Of a stretch of DNA of 64,000 nt, positions 58,571 through 64,000 are shown piece by piece; the first letter of the stretch is position 1; each line of letters starts with the position of its first letter. The notes beneath the pieces are model-generated. The model did not search any database and was not told the origin of the DNA. It saw only the letters and a program-made list of their open reading frames with translations. Position numbers and translations under genes: made by a program. The stretch is from the human T2T-CHM13v2.0 reference genome, Homo sapiens: NCBI RefSeq assembly GCF_009914755.1, contig NC_060936.1, one strand, 5' to 3'.

Positions 58571-59048
58571 AAGCTGGGAGCCTCAGGGTGAGGATAACGG
58601 CACCCCAAGCTTCCTAAGAGCTTAGTCTTCTGGCTAGTCTACTCAATGCCTCATTCTAAACGATCTAGAGTTGCAAATTGCACAGGGGTTAAGAGCAAGT
58701 GCTCTAGAATCAGGCTGCCTGCATTTGTATTCCAGCCCTGCCTCTTACTAGCTGTATTTGTTTCTCTTGCTGGGTAACAAATCACACAAACTTAGCAGTT
58801 TACGACAACATACTTTTTTTAAATCCCACAGTTTTGATGAGCCAGGAGTCTGAGTATCTTTTAACTGGGTCCTCTACTTAGGATCTCACCAGGCTACAGT
58901 CTCATGTGAAGCTTAGGGTCCTTGAAGCTCACATGGTTGTTGGCAGAAATTGTTTCCTTGTAGCCATAGAACTCACAGTGGCTTGCTTCTTCAAGGCCAA
59001 GAGGACAGTCTCTCTGAGTTCAGAGAAGGTTAAGCCCTCTTTAAAGTA

Positions 59049-59615
<567 letters not shown>

Positions 59616-61276
59616 TACTTATTCCCTGGTTAGGTTAGCCGCATCCAGGATAATTTTTCCTTTTGATTAATACGTAACTCACTTACGGATCTTAGTTATA
59701 TCTGCAAATCCCTTCGCCCTTGCTGTGTAATATAACATAACCGTGAAGTGATATCCCCTCACATCCCCAGGTCCTGTCCACACTCAAAGGGTATTGTACA
59801 GGACATGTATACCAGGAGCAGGAATCACCAGGACCATCTTAGAATTCTGCCTACCACACTAGCTGTGTGGCTTTGGGGAAGTTGCTTAACTTCTCTGTGC
59901 CGCTGTCTGTAGAGTAATACCCACTTCATAGGATTTGTTGTAAAGGTTAAACAAGTTGATTTATGGAAAGTGCTTAAGACAATTCCTGGCAGGTGGTGAG
60001 TACTCAATAAATGTTAGCTGTTACAACCATAAAGATGAGGATAATCTCCAGCCGAGCCAGTGGGCTCCCAGCTTAGAAATGCAGTCCACCAACTGGCTGG
60101 AAAATGAAATCCGAGAAGCCAGGCTGACGGGGAAAGAAGACACCAGAGAATATCAATGACTTGGTAAATTGGCCTTCCCGAAAGGGAAACTGACAGCTTC
60201 TACTCCACCAGGCGAAAATGGGCAAAGCAGGTGGAAAGCTGTATCAAGTTACTAAAGCAAATTGGATCTACGTGGGTGCACGTGCCCCTATTTTAGTTCG
60301 TTTCATGAAAACATCTCTTCTCAAGGCAAGGAGTCATGGCCTCATCTCTCTGGAAAGCTTTGAAATCCCTTACATCAGGGATTTAAATCAATTGATATCT
60401 CTCAGATATGAAGAAATGAGCATAATTGGATATCCTGGCAACTTGTGTCAGCAGCTGCACCCCAAAGTTTATGTCTGCCTTAAGGGAAGGCTTTCTTCTG
60501 AAACAGGATCTCAGTTGGTTCAGTTTAAGAATAAGGGCCTCTCATTAACACTAGTGAGACCCCTAATAACGTGAACAGGGTTATTAGGTCTCACTGACGT
60601 GTGGTCAGGAGGAGGCCCGCCTGGGAATTTGCCCCACGAAGTGTGCGTTTTGCTGGAGAGGAGAGTGTTCAGAATCGATTTGTTGCTCCGTCTGGGATGC
60701 TGTTAACCAAATGTGGGAAGAAGCAGCACAGTGAGTCAATGGAGCAAGTTCGCAGTGGCGTATTTATGAATACTGGCTGGTTGGGGGAGAGGAATGGTGC
60801 AGCTTCTTTCTTTGGAAGGGACTCGCTTTATTGAAATCCTTTTCAGTGGGGTCACCCGGGGCAAGTCATTCACTCTTCCTCAGACCTCATAGTTTGCATC
60901 TGATAATTCAACTCAAGTCATTTTATTGACGGTGGTAGCGGACCCTGTTGGTGCTGTGCCCAGACCATCCGTTTTAGGGTTTCTGGCCTCTCATCCCCCA
61001 GCGTCTATGTGCTTTCCCTCTAATGGCTGCCTGCACCTGCGACTTGCTTTCCGAGGCCACCTTTGAGCTACAAGAGCTGCTTCTCCCATGCCCAGAGATG
61101 GGAAGGAGGCTGGGAAGTTACCTCTTCATGGGGGACCCTCAGCCTGGCTCCCTTAAGTCAGGACAAATTCAGAGGAGTAAAGTTATGTTCCAGAGCTCCC
61201 CATGGGATCAGAATTAAGCCTGGCATGAAGGCCTGAATTCCATCCTTGCTGGGGCCTCTCCACCTCCCTTTGCTCT

Positions 61277-61456
61277 CAGGACTGGCTACATGATTTGCAG
61301 GACTCAGTGCTGAATGAAAATGCAAGGCCCCTTGTTAAAAAATGATTAAGAATTTTAAAACAACAGTGACAGCAGAGCCTAAAACCTAACCTAAGACCCT
61401 TCTGATTGCAGGGTCGGAGCCACGGCACAGGTTGCACAACTACGAAGCTGGGCCTC
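61277..61456 (-). mobile_element. MER45A (hAT-Tip100)
   Basis: ggctacatgatttgcagg...atgaaaatgcaaggccccttgtt...gcacaggttgcac...gaagctgg. Confidence 0.75.
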
Positions 61457-62915
61457 CCTGCTCCCCAACTTTCCCGGGAGCTCCCCCTTATTCAGTCCCT
61501 TGCATGTGAACTCATGTCTTGTACTCCGCTCTGATGAACCTGACTTAAGGCCACTGTTGAGGCACAATGCTGAGGGGCTGGATTCTACAGTAGATACAAC
61601 ACCAACCCTTCCCTCGAGGGGCCGACTCTTTAGCAGGGAAGACAGATGTAGGCACAGATCATCCTGTCACAGACTGTGAAGCAGAGCCCCGTCCCCGAGG
61701 TGTCTGCAATGTGGGGAGGTGATGCTGCCTGGGAACACAAGACCTCCTGGATTCCAGGCCAGGGTTCCGTCTTCTGCCCCAAATGATGGATGAATAGAAT
61801 TGGGGGTGATGATATGGGGGAAGGATGGGGCACCACTTCAGAAGAGCACAGCGCAAGCAGAGGTGTAGTGGGGGGACTTCCATTTAGTTTGCAGGAGCCT
61901 ACCTGTGCTCAGTACAGAAGACTTGAATTTGAAAAGTCCAAGTTCCTGCCCCCAGGTGGTTCACAAGAGATGCGTACAACCAGCTCTGGTGGAATTCTGT
62001 GCAAGGGAAGTGCCGAGCTAACGGGGATGAGGCGAAGTGCTAGATACAAGAGGAGCCTGGTCTCCTAAGAAGTTCCCACTAGGTGTTAGGAGTCCTAGAG
62101 CTTCTCATCAAAGAAAAGATTCTCTAACTGTGGAATTTCAGAAATTGGCAAGCTGTCAGGGTTGGTCTGGGGGAGGAGGGAACCTCCTGAAATCACTTTA
62201 TGTGATGGGTTCCTCCATCCGCTCAAACGGGTTTCTTAGTTTTAGCCCATCAGTCTGCTGAGGTGAAATTAAGTTCTCTTCCAAGTTTGTTATCTGAAAT
62301 GACCCTGGGTCCGTCAGTACTGCAGCTGCACCCTGACCTGGGCTGGTGACAGTGCTCTGCAGGAGGCGCCCACTCGTTCCCGGTCCTCCTCCGGGAGGAG
62401 CCCACAGACACCACACTGGTTTCCCAGTACACTGAAGCTATCGCTGACGTTAAGGAGCCTCTTCTAAGCTGGGAAATGTGGGCAGCTGGCTGCGGTCCTC
62501 CCTGGAGGGGGTGAGGGAAGGTGTTGGTGAAACGCTTGTGGTTCTCAGGGGCCCTGGGAAACTCTTTTCTTTATCATCGACTTTGTCAGGCTGAAGCCAT
62601 CTCTCATTTTTCAGAGCATGCTCATGGGCAGGGAGGGTGAGAGCTCTTCCATCCGGGAATAAGTTTATAAATGCACGAAAGCAGCTGGGCTTTGCCGGGA
62701 AGCAGGATGAGGGGGCTGCCCTGGGTTTGATGTTGTGCTCTCTTCTAATGCTGGAAATATTCAGCTGCTCCTGGGTTGGATGTGAGCACCAACTGAGGCT
62801 GGCTCATAATTCTTCCTTGACAAATGCCTCATTTGGGACAATAACTCATGATTTCTTCACTGCCTCCTATTAAACAATTAAAAGAAGGCACACATTATTC
62901 TATGAATATATATGA

Positions 62916-63323
<408 letters not shown>

Positions 63324-63339
63324 TAGAATTTTATTTTAT

Positions 63340-63870
63340 TTTTTAGTCAGGCTTCAGAAGGGCCCTGGAACATGGCTCTGTGTGATCTGGCCCCTGCCTA
63401 CCTCTGCCACATCTCAGAGCCCTCTGTCCCACAGCTGCATCTTCCTGTCCTCTGCCACTCCCAGCTCCCCCTGCCCCACCTCTCTGTTCCCTCTGCCTGG
63501 AGCATCCTCCACATTCTTTCTAGGGGACCCTGGTGCCCCCAGCTAGCTTAGGTCCTCTCCTATTCCCTCCCCTTGACTTTTGCTTTTCTTTTATAGCACT
63601 TCATTCAACAAATATTTTTTCAGTACTTACTATGCCAGGCTGTTGTGACATAGCAATTAACAAAACAGACACAAAGCTCGGTCCTTATAGAACTGGTAAT
63701 CTAAGCTCATTGCCATTGTGTTGATGAGTAATTATTCAGCAATTGGTTTGTTAACTTGTCTTCTCCACTAGACTGGAAGCTCCATGAGGACAGGGCCATA
63801 TCTGTCTCGTTCACAGTACCATGAATCCCCAGTGCATAGTAGGCACTCAGTAGGTTCCTGGGGAATGAAA
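63340..63870. mobile_element. L2 fragments in both orientations
   Basis: tgatctggcccctgcc; tcattcaacaaatattt; tagactggaagctccatgaggacaggg...tagtaggcactcagta. Confidence 0.7.
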
Positions 63871-64000
63871 GACATTCTGGGATTGATGGCTGCCATTTGG
63901 CCATCTAGGCTCTCTGAGGTAGCTGCATCTTCCTTGGGAATCCAGAGGTCGTCATGTGGAATTACCTCCTCAAGACTGAATTACACAGCCTGTTAGAGGG

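Noticed and set aside
62355-62372. CTCF-like motif tctgcaggaggcgcc (and acatggtggcgcc near 35850)
   Set aside because: Several mismatches to the core consensus; cannot be supported without ChIP data

Overview
Human (primate) genomic DNA, read as the middle of the CHST11 (carbohydrate sulfotransferase 11 / chondroitin 4-O-sulfotransferase 1) gene on the + strand. It covers the 3' part of intron 1, the 86-nt coding exon 2 (31512-31597, encoding (V)[28 protein letters not shown], missed by the ORF track) and the 5' part of intron 2. The intronic hairpin at 21256-21339 matches MIR3922, with A at 21288 where I recall G in the reference. Both gene identifications rest on recalled sequence and should be confirmed by BLAT. 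The rest is repeat-rich intron: more than 20 Alus, a 5'-inverted (twin-primed) L1PA, old L1M/L2/MIR, MaLR LTRs, an ERV solo LTR and hAT/TcMar DNA transposons. Repeat subfamily calls are by eye and the ends of old repeats are approximate. No prokaryotic-type system, CRISPR array, tRNA or rRNA was seen, and nearly all listed ORFs are spurious or repeat-derived. The most notable unexplained signals are: two further strong hairpins in the MIR3922 intron (5551-5668, 9268-9345); several locally templated rearrangements (a 117-bp templated insertion at 6491-6628, a duplication with an inverted patch at 15668-15830, a template switch inside an Alu at 53235-53282, an 87-bp near-perfect tandem duplication); a candidate Alu poison exon (13908-14025); a cryptic acceptor 52 nt upstream of exon 2; and a HOX13/CDX motif cluster about 2.5 kb upstream of exon 2. 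These are hypotheses to test, not a demonstrated new system.
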